Source of the DNA: Macrostomum lignano | Taxonomy: Eukaryota | DNA length: 64,000 bases | Direction of reading: 5' to 3' | Assembly (NCBI GenBank): GCA_002269645.1 | Contig: NIVC01002124.1 | Span: 138,646 to 202,645, forward strand | Shown here: positions 1-12,514 of the stretch, piece after piece | How positions within the stretch are numbered: position 1 is the stretch's first letter | Layout: each line of letters opens with the position of its first letter | Notes under the pieces: model-generated | The model's input: only the letters and a program-made list of their open reading frames with translations | The model's database searches: none | Told to the model about the DNA's origin: nothing | Program-made: the position numbers and the translations under genes

Positions 1-272
1 GTGGAAAAAACTCATCTATCAAGCAATTTAATAGACGGAGTTTTCATTTATGTAAACTACTCAAGCGCAATGTGGAATTATCCCACAAAATAGACTTTTA
101 ACCCAAACTTTCCATTAATTACGGTGTAGAAGGTGGTTTCAATATCTGACAAAAAATAGGTAAACATTCCGAATCTAGCAAGTAGCATTTGCGCACACTC
201 AGAAGTAGCTGATACATTTCTGTTGAATAAAAATTTAGACGTTATAAAGCATTAGGCTTATCATTAGCTTAC

Positions 273-1024
273 GTGTCTCAAAAGTTCCCGGAATTTCTAT
301 CGTAGCTCTGCAATGCCTTGCTCAATTTTCACGCTTGTGGATACAAATTAAAGATAAAATATCAACGAATGTCATACAAGTCATCTCCAACCGTTAATAA
401 GCTGCATCAAAAAATATGTGTACAGGTGAGAGCTAGTGCTACAAATTGCCACTTTGTCTTGCAAAAATTACCCAAGAGCTCTCTTCCTTGGAGTTGGAAG
501 TTTTCATTTTGGACTTGTGCTGCTGACGTGTCCAAGGACATGGCAGTGTCTATGGTCAAACCTGACAATGCGTGGACGCATCTTCGCCAACTGTTGTGAG
601 CTTTAGTCCCTAACTCGTCATGTTTTCATGCACGAGATGCCTCGCTCGGTGTTTACTAGTGCCAATGAAAACATGCACTCTCGGCATGCAACTGTCTGGT
701 GACTACGTGGAAAAGCCTTAGGAGAAATTTGACGAGTGATCTTGTTCCCCTCCATCTGTTTTCCCTCTGTTTTACTGAACTGCTATCATTGGAGCCGTCA
801 CACATTTGTATCTATAGCACGTTGAAAAACAAAGTGGCAATGTGTAACTATAGTACTCACATGTACATATACTTTTAATGCAGCTATAACGGTTCGAGAT
901 AAATAATAATTCGATTGTATGACTTATTCTTTATTACTATTCTATCTTTAATACATCTACAAGCGTGAAATTTGAGCAAGGCATTGCAGAGCTATGATAG
1001 AAATTCCGGGAACTTTTGGGACAC
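273..1024. mobile_element. MITE-like non-autonomous DNA element with ~70-bp terminal inverted repeats (possibly Tc1/mariner-derived)
   Basis: 273-342 (gtgtctcaaaagttcccggaatttctatcgtagctctgcaatgccttgctcaattttcacgcttgtggat) is the reverse complement of 955-1024 with 4 mismatches, and weaker similarity extends ~15 bp further inward. The end motif GTGTCCCAAAA resembles Tc1/mariner TIR ends, with TA dinucleotides close to both ends. No transposase inside. Confidence 0.7.
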
Positions 1025-2867
1025 CCCTAGTAGTCTGTCACTAGACAGGAAAATTCATTTTTTTGCATGCTCCCAATCAAGAAGACAGTTCATTAAATTC
1101 TTCGAAGAGCGAAGAGACGCGTCTACCTAAGAATAGATTTTAGCCTTGTTTTAATGATACGGCCCCCTATAGAGGCATAAAATAAATCCACTTATACAGG
1201 TTTTTACTCCACTAATAAGCTTTGAAAATTGAGACACAAAAATGGTCATCAATTTCAGAATTCAAAAGCAAATTACCCAACCCTACATTAGATCAAAGGA
1301 CTACTGTTTTAAAGGTAGAGCCTGCAATTAGGTAACACTAAAAAGATAGCGAATTGAACCTATAAAAGAGCATAGGTGCCATTAGGGATTAATTGAGGGC
1401 CTTTAGTTAGGGAATAAATTTGCCCAAAATTCGAATTCCATATAAAAGATTGTGAAATTTCACTTGATAAAATATTCATAGTAACATTCAATAAGGAATT
1501 TGGAAGGCTCAATTTGAAAGCGGATCGCAAAAGCCAACAATCTGACACGGCTGCTGCTTTTAAATACTCGTAATTCTGCACGAAACCTGTCAATCAATCT
1601 TTGAACAGGTATTTTGATCCCATTTAAAACTGCTGCTTTTTCAATCAAACTGTTATACCAACTCGGTTATAGGTTAAAACTCTGCACTTTTATAGCTACT
1701 AAATTAGAATACATAGAGCCTACAGCCAAAAAAGCAATTTAGTGTCTGTAATATTCGGAAAAGCTCTCCGCTATAGCTCGTACTCGTAAAATCGCTGCAC
1801 ATAAAAGTTGGCGCATCGAGCGGCCATTTAATGTCATTTGTTCTAAAGCAACGGTGCCTGGCAGATGGCTTTTTTGCTTTGCCTAGTTGGCATAACACAA
1901 GCAAATATTTTCAACGCATTTCGTTGGAATACAACTGGACCAAAAGACCATTGACGAGGCTGTTTCTGAGTGTAGCCGATAAGGTAGCTGATATTCTAGG
2001 AAATCTAACTAACAAAACTACTAACTGCAGCAAGAAGTGTAGCAGAAAGCCTATGATGATCCTTGTGTGCATTAGCAAAGCTTTTAATAAGCTTCCATGC
2101 TTCCATAGAAGACTTTCAAGGACGGGCGGTACGCGTATGGGCTCGGGAAATTTGTTACAAAATCGTTATTATCCTTGACTTAGCAAACGTCATCCATTTT
2201 GGGATTTCGATACAATCATAGGCTGATCTTTGACTCTGCAAAAGTAAGAAGTCTCAGCCATTGATTTTATCTTCATAGTGCCTTTGATTTGTACCTCAAG
2301 CCCAAAATTGATACTTCACGAGCGTAGAGCAATACGACGTACAAATTGCCTAATTAAGACTCGATATCCCCCTCAGTTTTTTCATGTTACACCCAGTGAG
2401 ACCATGTATGATATTATTAATCAAGACAAGAAAAACGTCAGACTGTACGAAGACCACTTCAAAAAGTGGTGTGGTAGACTGTCAGACTAAACGTTGACAT
2501 TCATTTATGCATGTACGCTCGTACTTATCGACACAGAATGCATCACCGAAGTACAAGTGCAGGTGCAATCAATTAAAAGCTACAACAAACTTAAATTTTT
2601 GGGATTTTTTGTTAATTATGTACAAATGCGCAGTTCAGGAGCTGTGCAGGACATCGAATAAAAGCTGTGCATTAAAGTGTAACGATTTTACATCTATATA
2701 CAACAAGTGTTCTGGCAGAATGGTGCAAAGAGACGAGCAGAACGAAACGCAGCTGCAATAAAAGGAGAAATAATAATCCAAATTGTTTTCTGGTTCACAA
2801 GTCTTGATTTATCAATACCCTCGATTCTCAAACATATGCAGTTGATCGGGCAGAACCGAGCACAAGT

Positions 2868-4067
2868 TCACACAAAGCCACTGTCCATGCGAGAGTGGCG
2901 CGGCGACTCGCAACAGGCGACATTGGCGGACACGGAGTCCTCAAAGCCGCACCGCAGTGGCTGGGCAGCTTCCGGACCTTTTTCAACTGTGCCCGAAGAA
3001 CCGTGCTGTTGAAGCCGCTGTCCAATAGAGCAATGACCCTCGGCAGTGCATCGGAGGCCGCAGGACACTTTGCGATTGTTGACTTTCGGTTGCAGACAAT
3101 TCATACGGATGTGCAAAAAGCCAAGCAGTTGGATTCGGAAGTTGCGGCACATAACAAAATAGATGGCAAAGTTCAAGCCGGAGTCGATACTAATTAATAG
3201 CGACTTGATCTCGCCAAGAATGTTTAACCAGTCTGGCATATTCGAGCTCAGTGACATTGACGATGTTAAATTTGCAATGCTGCAGAATAGTTCGTAGAAT
3301 AAGTGAGGAAATGACAAACCAAAGAAAGTTCCAGACACAAGCAGCAGAGTTTTTGTCGCTTTTAGATTGCTGTCTACATGAGCTGGCAAATCTGTCCACT
3401 GGCGCCGGCGTCGGGTAAGGTGGCTGGTCATCACGCAGGTTAGAGTCATAACTACAATAATCGGAATTCCGGTGCTAAGCACTACCTCGATAGAGATGGT
3501 TACGTCGAAGATGTACTCTTCATTAACGCTCGTAGTTATTAAGTCCATAGCGATGGTGAAAGCGGCCGAGAACGCGGTCAAGCCGAACAGAAGGGCAGCC
3601 TGCTGGCGATAGTTAAACTCAATAGGAGCAGACAGAGGTCGAACGACTACAGAATACCTAGCCGATGTCATAGCTACAATCCACCAACTGCGAGCTAGAT
3701 ATGAAACTTTCCAGGCTGTGGTGAACCATTTCAGATAGTAGCGGCAGTGCGGATGACTGGCTTGATTGGAATGGGTGACCGTGTCAGCCACGAATGCCAT
3801 AGCGCTGCGAGCGGACAGACACAGGTTCATAAAGACATCGATTGCTACAAGCAGGCTGAAGCCTTTGGCCTGAGTAGACGACTGGAACACGGCGGCCAGC
3901 ACTACGCAATTGAGCAGTGCGCTCAGCGAGCACACAGCCAAGCGGATCAGATGACTGGCTGACGAACCCAGCAAACAGGTGCTGTTGTCAAATGCTGGTA
4001 CAGACGGACTAACAATAAGGATGGTGCTTTGGACAGTAGCCAGCTCCATGGAGTAAGTTGCTGTCAT
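2868..4067 (-). CDS. Intronless class A (rhodopsin-like) 7TM GPCR, divergent, peptide-receptor-like (FMRFamide-receptor/srw type)
   Basis: 399-aa ORF with seven hydrophobic segments. It has TM1 'SALLN', TM3 'MTSARYSVVVRP' (E/DRY replaced by ARY), TM5 'GIP', TM6 'FFGLSFP' and TM7 'SGLNFAIY' followed by helix 8 'CRNFR'. Confidence 0.85.
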   Translation of the reverse strand: MTATYSMELATVQSTILIVSPSVPAFDNSTCLLGSSASHLIRLAVCSLSALLNCVVLAAVFQSSTQAKGFSLLVAIDVFMNLCLSARSAMAFVADTVTHSNQASHPHCRYYLKWFTTAWKVSYLARSWWIVAMTSARYSVVVRPLSAPIEFNYRQQAALLFGLTAFSAAFTIAMDLITTSVNEEYIFDVTISIEVVLSTGIPIIVVMTLTCVMTSHLTRRRRQWTDLPAHVDSNLKATKTLLLVSGTFFGLSFPHLFYELFCSIANLTSSMSLSSNMPDWLNILGEIKSLLISIDSGLNFAIYFVMCRNFRIQLLGFLHIRMNCLQPKVNNRKVSCGLRCTAEGHCSIGQRLQQHGSSGTVEKGPEAAQPLRCGFEDSVSANVACCESPRHSRMDSGFV

Positions 4068-4679
4068 GGCTAACTTTCAAGCGAATTAAGATCGATACGC
4101 AAGTGTGGAGGAGAAACACGCTTTCAGCCTTTCGTTTTGCTTTTAAATGATGAAGCCGATTCACCAGGGAGGACAGCCTACCCGATTTCTAGCGCCTGCA
4201 TTGGCTAGCTGGAGGCCGCAGCCAATCTAAACTAATCGCAAAAAAATTCAATGTCTTTCTGAAGCCCTATTTTATCCAAAGAAGCATGAAATAATGCCAT
4301 GCATTTTGCAAGTTTTACTGCAATCTAGCCAATGGGATTTGAATTCTTCATAAATCACAGGAAAACAGCAACGTTTCAAGAGAAACCTTTTTAGTTGATT
4401 TCGATTTTTTCTTGGAATTTCTCTCCAGTGCTACATGTCATAGTACCTACATCGTATTTGCAGCGCTTAATTGAATCAGCCAGCTGCTGAGTGCAAATCA
4501 GATAGGCTAGTATTTTTGCATGTATTGCATTCTCTCGGGACAGACAGTACTAACACTTATACAACCAATACCAAAGAGCGTAAAGCAAAATTCTGAGCCT
4601 TATATCACGGAAAGAAGGCGTACGTATATACAAGACTAAAGTCCAAATTATAAGCGAAGCGTAAAAATAAATAAAGCGG

Positions 4680-5262
4680 CCAAGCCTAAACAGACGTGAA
4701 GATCAGGGAGGGTGTAAACGAACCAAGCCTGAATAGGCGTGAGGATCAGGAGGGTATAAAGGGGCCAAGCCTGAAGAGACGTGAGGATCAGGGAGGGTAT
4801 AAAGGGGCCAAGCCTGAAGAGACGTGAGGATCAGGAGGGTATAAAGGGGCCAAGCCTGAAGAGACGTGAGGATCAGGAGGGTATAAAGGGGCCAAGCCTG
4901 ATGAGACGTGAGGATCAGGGAGGGTATAAAGGGGTCAAGCCTGAATAGACGTGAAGATCAGGGAGGGTGTAAACGAGCCAAGCCAAGCCTGAATAGACGT
5001 GAGGATCAGGAGGGTATAAAGGGGCCAAGCCTGAATAGACGTGAAGATCAGGGAGGGTGCAAACGAATCAAGCCAAGCCTGAAGAGACGTGAGGATCAGG
5101 GAGGGTATAAAGGGGCCAAGCCTGATGAGACGTGAGGATCAGGGAGGGTATAAAGGGGCCAAGCCTGAATAGACGTGAAGATCAGGGAGGGTGTAAACGA
5201 GCCAAGCCAAGCCTGAAGAGACGTGAGGACCAGGAGGGTATAAAGGGGTCAAGCCTGAAGAG
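4680..5262. repeat. Tandem repeat, 42-43-bp unit (ccaagcctgaagagacgtgaggatcagggagggtataaagggg), in DAGL intron 3
   Basis: About 13 direct copies, with a variant carrying gggtgtaaacgagccaag. Confidence 0.9.
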
Positions 5263-5330
5263 GGGATCAGAGAGGGTAGTCTCTGTGTAAATCAATATTA
5301 ACAGCAACGCAGTCCAAGTTCAGTACTCAC

Positions 5331-6994
5331 GCGCAATGCGGCCCCATAGTACAGCAGCACAGACAGGGGTTGTTGAAGACCTCCAGTGGCCAACCGTAGC
5401 ACGCATTAGCGTACTTCACATAGTACTGCAGTTGTTCCAGGCTGCACCAGTCGGCTTCGCTGTCGGGCGGCACAGCCGGCGGCGCAGTCACAATAATGTC
5501 CAAGTGGCGTCTATTAAGCAGCAAAACTCCCAACGCTAAGTCGCTAGGCGTCAGATCGTATTCGTGAAAATAGGCTAAGAGAATTCTGTGTACATTTTCA
5601 AATGCGTGCCGAGTGGTCTCGTCGTACCGGGTGCAGCAAAGGAACGAGACGAGGCGCGACCAGAAGTCCGGCGACAGGAAGCTAAAGCTGCAGGTGCCGC
5701 CGGAGTCGTTGGGCTCAGTGAATGAGAAGCATGGCCCGAGAGTCATGAAGAATGCGGCCGATAAAGATAGGCAAGCAACGGCGAAGCCCACCTGAGAGTT
5801 AAAAAAAAGTTTAGATAAATTATTTCCAACTTTTATTTAAACTTATTTTCAAAGCTATTACTTTAAATTACAAAAATAATGCTCTACCAGATCCACATAC
5901 AGATCCCAGTACAGTTTCTTGAATCCCAAATTGCAGATCCCAGTCCAGTCTCTTGAGTCCCCAATTACAGATCCCAGTCCAGTCTCTTAAATTCCCAATT
6001 AGAGATCCCAGTCTCTTGTATCCCCAATTATAGATCCCAGTCTCTTGTACCCCCAATTACAGATCCCAGTCCAGTCTCTTGTACCCTTAATTACAGATCC
6101 CAGTCCAGTCTCTTAAATTCCCAATTAGAGATCCCAGTCCAGTCTCTTAAATCCCCTATTACAGTTCCCAGCCCCAGTTTCTAATTTCCCAAATCAAGTG
6201 GTATTTAGTTTTTTTGGTATAAAAAAAATTAAGCATCAGTTCATAACTAATTATCTGAAATCATATATATTTTTTATCATATAGTTTCCAATACATAAAT
6301 AAGCAAGACATTTCATCGGTAATTTCATCCTGACATAAATAAAAGAACAAAGAGATTTTTTCGCAATCCAGAAACCAGTGTAGCTGTGTAAAGAGCATCT
6401 GTATGGGACACTTGCTATCCTGCCTAAGACCCAGACCCTAGATCTCCGCTACAAATATGTTTATAGCCATAAATCCCAGCCTTACCAGACACACGCAGCG
6501 CGCAATGATGACAGTCTGCAGACTGCAGTCGTACGGCTTAAATGCCAGATAGAAACCGTAGCCATACAATAGCAGGCTGATTGGCAAGTTAAATAGCAAG
6601 TGAAACCACAGCAATATTGGTACGTAGCGTCGTTTCCGTTCCTGCCGTATCGTGCCCCGGCCAGACTGCCAAGCTAGCAGGCAGGCGTGCAGAAACTTTA
6701 ACGAAGTGAGCGCAATAGCCAAAGCGTAGAATGCGCGCAGTTGATCGCCGCCAACGCAGGCAAACGCCCATTGATCGTGCGACGCTAGAAATACTACTAG
6801 CATCATCAGCCTGTGGAGACAAGTAGAGCATTACTTTCATTTTAAAAAACTGGAAAAAATACTTGAAATGCTACTAAAAGTAGACAAAAGGAGGCTTACC
6901 AGAAGAACTCAATAACCGACGATAGTAAAAAAGGAAAAAGGAAGTCATCTGAACTGACGCGCCACTTCCGTCCAGCAAAGTGCATGTAAGGCAT
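5331..6994 (-). CDS. dagl: Diacylglycerol lipase (DAGL alpha/beta family), 5' part only: exons 6994-6900, 6810-6486, 5791-5331
   Basis: The spliced translation starts MPYMHFAGRKWRVSSDDFLFP, matching the DAGL N-terminus pattern MPG.V.FGRRW.I.SDD. It continues with the SGRGTI loop, four TM segments, SDLALGVLLL and YANACYGWP. GT-AG sites have compatible phases (2, 0). The GxSxG lipase domain was not found in the window. Confidence 0.88.
5898..6178. repeat. Tandem repeat, 29-34-bp unit (cagatcccagtccagtctcttgtacccccaatta), in DAGL intron 2
   Basis: About 8-9 degenerate direct copies. Confidence 0.85.
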
Positions 6995-9498
6995 GATTGG
7001 CTTTTGATTCTAGTTGATTACAAGCCGCTTGTACTAATTGACACAGATTAGCATATTGAAAACTGGTCAAGTCAAAGTTGGGCAGAAATATGTATGTTCT
7101 TTGATGAGAACTCCATATATATACAAAATTCTAGGTCTGGCAGCATCTTAGTATATAAATTCTATAGGCCTGAGCCAGATGCTACTGATAAATGTATTAT
7201 ATATATTATTTCAGACTTGGGAATTGCTAAGATGTGGTAACGCTGCCAGAAAAAGTTTAGCCTAAAGCATTAAATAATAAATTTGGATTAAAAATTGAAA
7301 ATTTACAAAGTTTTCAATCCAGATCAGAGTTGCATTGAACTATATACACAGGTCTATATATATTGCTAATGAAGTGTTTTGATCACATGCTAGAGAAATA
7401 CATAATACCATAACTTGCAGTTGTGGCACTCCTTTAGTACCTTTAAAAGGGGTGCTGATTGAAAAGGCCTTGGTACCTGTTGGTTTATTGGTTTAGTTGT
7501 AAATAGAAACCAAAGTAGGAGAAACCAACTGATATTAACTATAAACCAACTCAAAATAGAGACTTTAAATTATATATATATATTAATAGTAATGGGCAAA
7601 GTACTAGCACTTTTGGCACTTTTAGTACTGGAAGGTACTATTTTTCAAAGTGGCAATTTTTTCATTTCTTTTTTTAGACTGCTGGTCTTAGGTAACAGAA
7701 GTTACTTTTTGATAAGTCTGGTACCTTTAGTACTTGAAAATGAAAATTTAGGTGCCAAACTACCTATTTAGCACTTTATATTTCCTAAAAGCATAAACTT
7801 TCACCAAAATGCAATTATACAATGGTAAAAAGATTATAGGTTTTTTACTTTTTATGTTAAACTACATTAAATGGCATTCAATTAAATTTTCTATGAGGAT
7901 TGACCTCACAGAAATGAGGATTCTATGAGGAAGTATTCTCCTTTTGTGCTTTTGCGAATAAATTGCTTTGTTCAACCCAAATAGTGTAGAAACAAAAAAC
8001 ATTAAAAAAATTAACATCCTTATTTTACAACTCATTGCAAGTTTTCTAACAAGGATCAATAGCAGTGCATCAAGACACTATACCTGTGATTGGTAGAAAA
8101 ATTTTTGAAAGCCAATTTCTTTATTTTGATATTTTTGCAAGATAAGTCTATGTACTCTAGGAGTGTTTTATGACTATTAACTCTTTTGAGACCAATTATA
8201 TTTTTATTGTAGTATAAAGGCACAAATCAAAATATTTAATGTTTTGTACATTGGTCCATCTCATACATGCGCAACTTCCAAAATTAAGTTAAAACTTAAT
8301 TTAAAACTTAGTTTAAACAATAAATGTGACATAGTTTTTGGCCAAAAATGCGACTTACATATAAAAGAAATCCTAAAGCAAAATTAATGCAAATTTCGAT
8401 AAATAAGAGGAATAACTATGACTGTTTTATTAAGGCAAAATGGCTCATTATCTACTTAGTACTATTAATTTGGATGGGCATTTTTGCAACTTACCTTGGT
8501 TAACCGCCAAATTTGTCAGCCAGATTGGCCAACTTGCTTGACTGTTGCGCATGTATGGTCTATCTATCAAATTGTAGCCATTTATTGTCCTAGTATCCTT
8601 TTTTAATTGTTAAATGGTATTTCCAAGGCTGCCAAAAGATTATCATTTATTCTAAATAGTTATCTAAATCTAAATAAGTATGTTAGCAGTATAAAAGTGC
8701 ACCATATACTGTAAAAATATAGCTGCTAAAAAACTATAACATAAGTACTAATAAAGAGAATGACCCACACAAACTAAAAGTTGACTAAAGTATTGTACTC
8801 ATTATGAGATAGTTATTGCCAAGAATTACCTTTATACATACTTCTAATGATTCAAAATTAATATTTTGAAAATCAGCCTCCAATTTTTATCCACAAATCA
8901 TAAGTATAGTGCCTTAATATATTGCTAATCTTTGTTTTCTATTTTTTGTTTATTCACTCAAATTTTGGTTGCAATAATAATAATTATATTGCATTTTTAT
9001 TTAAGGACTAATTGTACAGTTAACTATAGACCAAAAATGTTTCTTCTACTTTTCACAAAAAACTATTTTGCACTTTTTAATTAGTAGATCATTAAAATTA
9101 GAAAGGACTAGTAAATTTCAGGGTTTTTTGTACCAAATTAGTACAAATGCCAATGCCACTTTAGCATATCCTCTTTTTTTAGTTTTAAGTTATAAACATT
9201 GAAAACTTTTACTTTTATTTTATATAAACTGTTAAAACCTGCAGATTTTGAACCCACTGAAATATATTCCCTGGAACTTTTTTGGATAGATTCTAAAATC
9301 TAAAGCAATACTCAAAATACTTATTAATAGTTAGAATAAATAAATAAAATTTGGAATAAATTTGTATTAAATGAAAATTTAAAGCAAGTATTGATCTTAT
9401 TGATTGGGGTTGCCACAGATTGATAGGTAATATCTGTCTAAAGTATGCACTGACAAACTCTAGTCTCTGATCTTTGCCTATTTCTGTCTCTCAGGTCC

Positions 9499-9790
9499 TT
9501 TGAAACTCTTCTATTCTTTCTTCTTTCTCTTCTCCTTTCTCTTATCTTTTCTTTTCTTTTCCCTCTTATCTCTTCTTTCTTATCCTTCCTCTTTTCACTC
9601 TTCTTTTTACTCTTTCCTCTGCTCTCTTATTCTGCCTCTCTTCATTCTTTTATCTTATCCTTCCTCTCTTTATTATATTCTCTATTCTCTTATCTTTTCC
9701 TTTTTCTCTTTATTCTTTTCTCTACTCTCTTATCTTTTTTCTCTGCTATTTTCTCTTTTCTTTACTCTCTCTATTTAACTCTCTTTTATG
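9499..9790. repeat. TC-rich low-complexity tract
   Basis: Almost pure T/C with occasional A. ORF 9500..9778 is an artefact of it. Confidence 0.85.
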
Positions 9791-11639
9791 TTTTTTTATT
9801 TCATCTTTAGTTTCCTTTTATTTGGCTTATAGCCATAAGCTAGATTCTTTATTGGGCCCTTAAGGTAAAAAATTGCAGTCTCAAGTCTTTATTCTCCAGA
9901 AAGTAGCAAGGTGATTCTAATGCTATTTAGGTTAAATCCTACAGCATTAGCTTGAGTGCTTCAAAATTTACCATGTATACTCAACCTACTTGACACTTTC
10001 TTCTATGGGACTAAGGGAATGAGTGGAGCAGCAAAACTACCAGAAAAAGCAGACAAAATTCACCTGCTCATAGTTTTTATCCTGATTGAAGTACAGAGTA
10101 AAGACTTTATACTAAGAGAGAAAATAAGTCAAAAAATTCTATGAAGTTTAAAGACAATGGCTTTATGTGGAGCAAACTTATGGAAACTGAAAGTTAGTCA
10201 ATTGTATTCTGGCAAGATAAGGAAAGGAGAAAGGCAGAGATTGGTATGATTGCTATGCTAATAAAAAGCAAACAAATTTTAAAAGTGCACAATACAATTT
10301 AAGATTAACTTAAATTAAAAGACTCAAAATTTTATAGTATTATGTCAAAAAGTTGAAGCTTGTGTCAAATTTTGGTTTTATTGGTTAATTGGATTTGGAA
10401 AAATAGTGACTATAAAAATAATCATTTTGCTATTTTAATGACTAGGCCCTACTCTTAAATAAAAATAATTACCTTTATTTTTACAAAAACCATATCTAGA
10501 CTCTTAGAGCATACATTTAATTTAAATAATTGCCATTTGTGTGGCTAAGATGCAGCTAGAAACATGCAACATAAGTTCTAGAGGGTTAGGCAGGCTCTAG
10601 AACATATTTGCATCATAAGCAAAATCATATTTATAAACAAAACAGCATTAGGCATTTTAATAATCTATAAGAAATGTGCTAACTTTTTTAGTATTTTTAG
10701 CAAATTGTAAAGAAAATTTCTTTTGATATAATAATATGCAAACATGATTTTTCTGCAAACTGAGAGCCAACTAAACTAAGCTGGTTGGGTTAGGTCTTGG
10801 CAAAAAGAACACAACAAACTCTTTATGACAATATATTGTAGCAGATGAAATGATTATATTGCAGACAAGAGTGAAGATGAACTGGCAATAGATGAAATGA
10901 CTGTCAACCCTTACATCTTATCCGACTGATAATAGTATACTTTATAAACATAAAACATAGCAATTATTATAGAATGCAGCTTATAGGCATAGGCCCTAGA
11001 ACTGATAGGGGGCCTAGCTAAAGGCATAGGCCCTAGCATTCAAAACATAGAACATTATCATTGTTTTAAACAAAGAGAAGTAGGAACTTAATTGCAAGGA
11101 AATATATTGTTAGCAAAAGGGAATAACAAGTAGGCCTAAGCAATCAAGGTAACCGGTGCAATAGATTCAATTGGTGTAAGATGGGCAACAATAGCATGGT
11201 ACACATATAGCATTTTCTATAATTTTCATGTCGGTTATAGAGGAAAATTTGCTATGAGTTTAAAGATCTTCTTAATAGCTAGCAATAAATCTTTTTTATT
11301 TTTGTTTTTGTTTGTAGCATAGCCTAAGCTGTAAAAATGCCTTGTACTGAGATGACTTTGGTTAAAGTACTTAGAAAGTAGTTTTTTAAGTTAGGCTTGA
11401 AAATATTCTTATAGAAAAATCAATTGTTGTTATGTCTGCCTTTCGTGTGGTTTTCTATTTTTTTAAAAGTTCACATTCCCAAGAGATGAGCAGTAACTTT
11501 GTGTGGTCTAGTGTGGTCATTGTTGTTTTATCTTCGTTGTAACTGTTACCAGGGTCCGATACTCCTATGTTTATATGTGCAGGTGACGGTAAGATAAACC
11601 TAGGTGGCGATCTTTGGGTTTCCCGCTCTAAATTATTTA

Positions 11640-11830
11640 AACACTTTTTTCAAACTGCATATAAATAGTATTGTAGGTAGGTGCTTTTAGGTAGGTTAAG
11701 GAGTACTTGTAGAAATTTGTTTGGATTTTGTTGATGTTCTTGAGTTCAGTACAGGTTGCTAGATGTCCCCAGATTTCACAACTATATGTTATAACTGGTG
11801 TGACCAAAGAATCAAACTAATAAGCATGAT
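11640..11830 (-). mobile_element. Degenerate non-LTR retrotransposon (LINE) remnant, region C-terminal to the RT domain
   Basis: The minus strand reads FDSLVTPVITYSCEIWGHLATCTELKNINKIQTNFYKY, then LNLPKST after a frameshift. This is the LFD.LV.P.L.YG.E.WG / F.K..L.L..STP motif typical of post-RT regions of non-LTR elements. It may extend to ~11300. Confidence 0.6.
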
Positions 11831-12254
11831 ATCCAGCGGGTGTCTCTTACTTTGTCCAGCAGTGAAAACATTGCAGAATTACCTTGTTTGGTCTGATAAA
11901 TGTTCAACTCTCATGTTTAGTTAATACATAATGCACATTATTTAAATTAGGTTTTTCTTTATTTTGCGTTACCCGCCGATCGCCTGCCGCTGCCCGCGAT
12001 TCTGAACATAATTTACATAATTCATAATAATTCATAAACTTTGACAGACGTCATAAACATAAAATTTGAAATTTCTTGCTACGATAAAAACAAACAGTTT
12101 ACAACTTTAGTAAGCACTATAGTTTTAATGTTAAAAGCTATGTGTATTTTATAGAAGAATATAATTCTTTTTAATATTGAATTACTAGTTGTTTTACATT
12201 TACACTTTCTTTGTTCTTTAAAACCATCGAGCATTTTCAAAAATTATCTTCTAT

Positions 12255-12514
12255 GGGCCTTTTCATATTGCTTGCTCTGGTTCCAGAACCAGAACCAATT
12301 TGTGAAGTATAACTTTTTGTCTCCATAACTAGAGGGAGATACGTGCTATAAAGTTTTTATTATTGAATGACAATCGCCAAGAAGAAAGTGAAAAATTGTG
12401 CTAAGTTAGGTTGTTAAGGCAGTCAAATATTAACAGAGTTTAATAGTTATACTGCTGTTTTTCTTGGAATTCCGAACCGATTCTGGTTCTGGAATTGGTA
12501 ATATGAAAAGGCCC
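12255..12514. mobile_element. Short MITE-like element with GGGCCTTTTCATATT terminal inverted repeats
   Basis: The left end gggccttttcatattg...ttccagaaccagaa matches the reverse complement of the right end ttctggttctggaattggtaatatgaaaaggccc. Related ttctgg/ctggaatt motifs recur at ~12775-12815. No clear TSD. Confidence 0.55.

Noticed and set aside
1360-1695. Possible small MITE (ctataaaagagca / tgcacttttatag)
   Set aside because: Only a 13-bp AT-rich inverted match. A related motif at ~8690 is suggestive but insufficient.
1831-2761. Short ORFs (115, 70, 84 aa) as further DAGL exons or transposase
   Set aside because: No recognisable motifs, and the minus-strand frames after plausible acceptors hit stops quickly.
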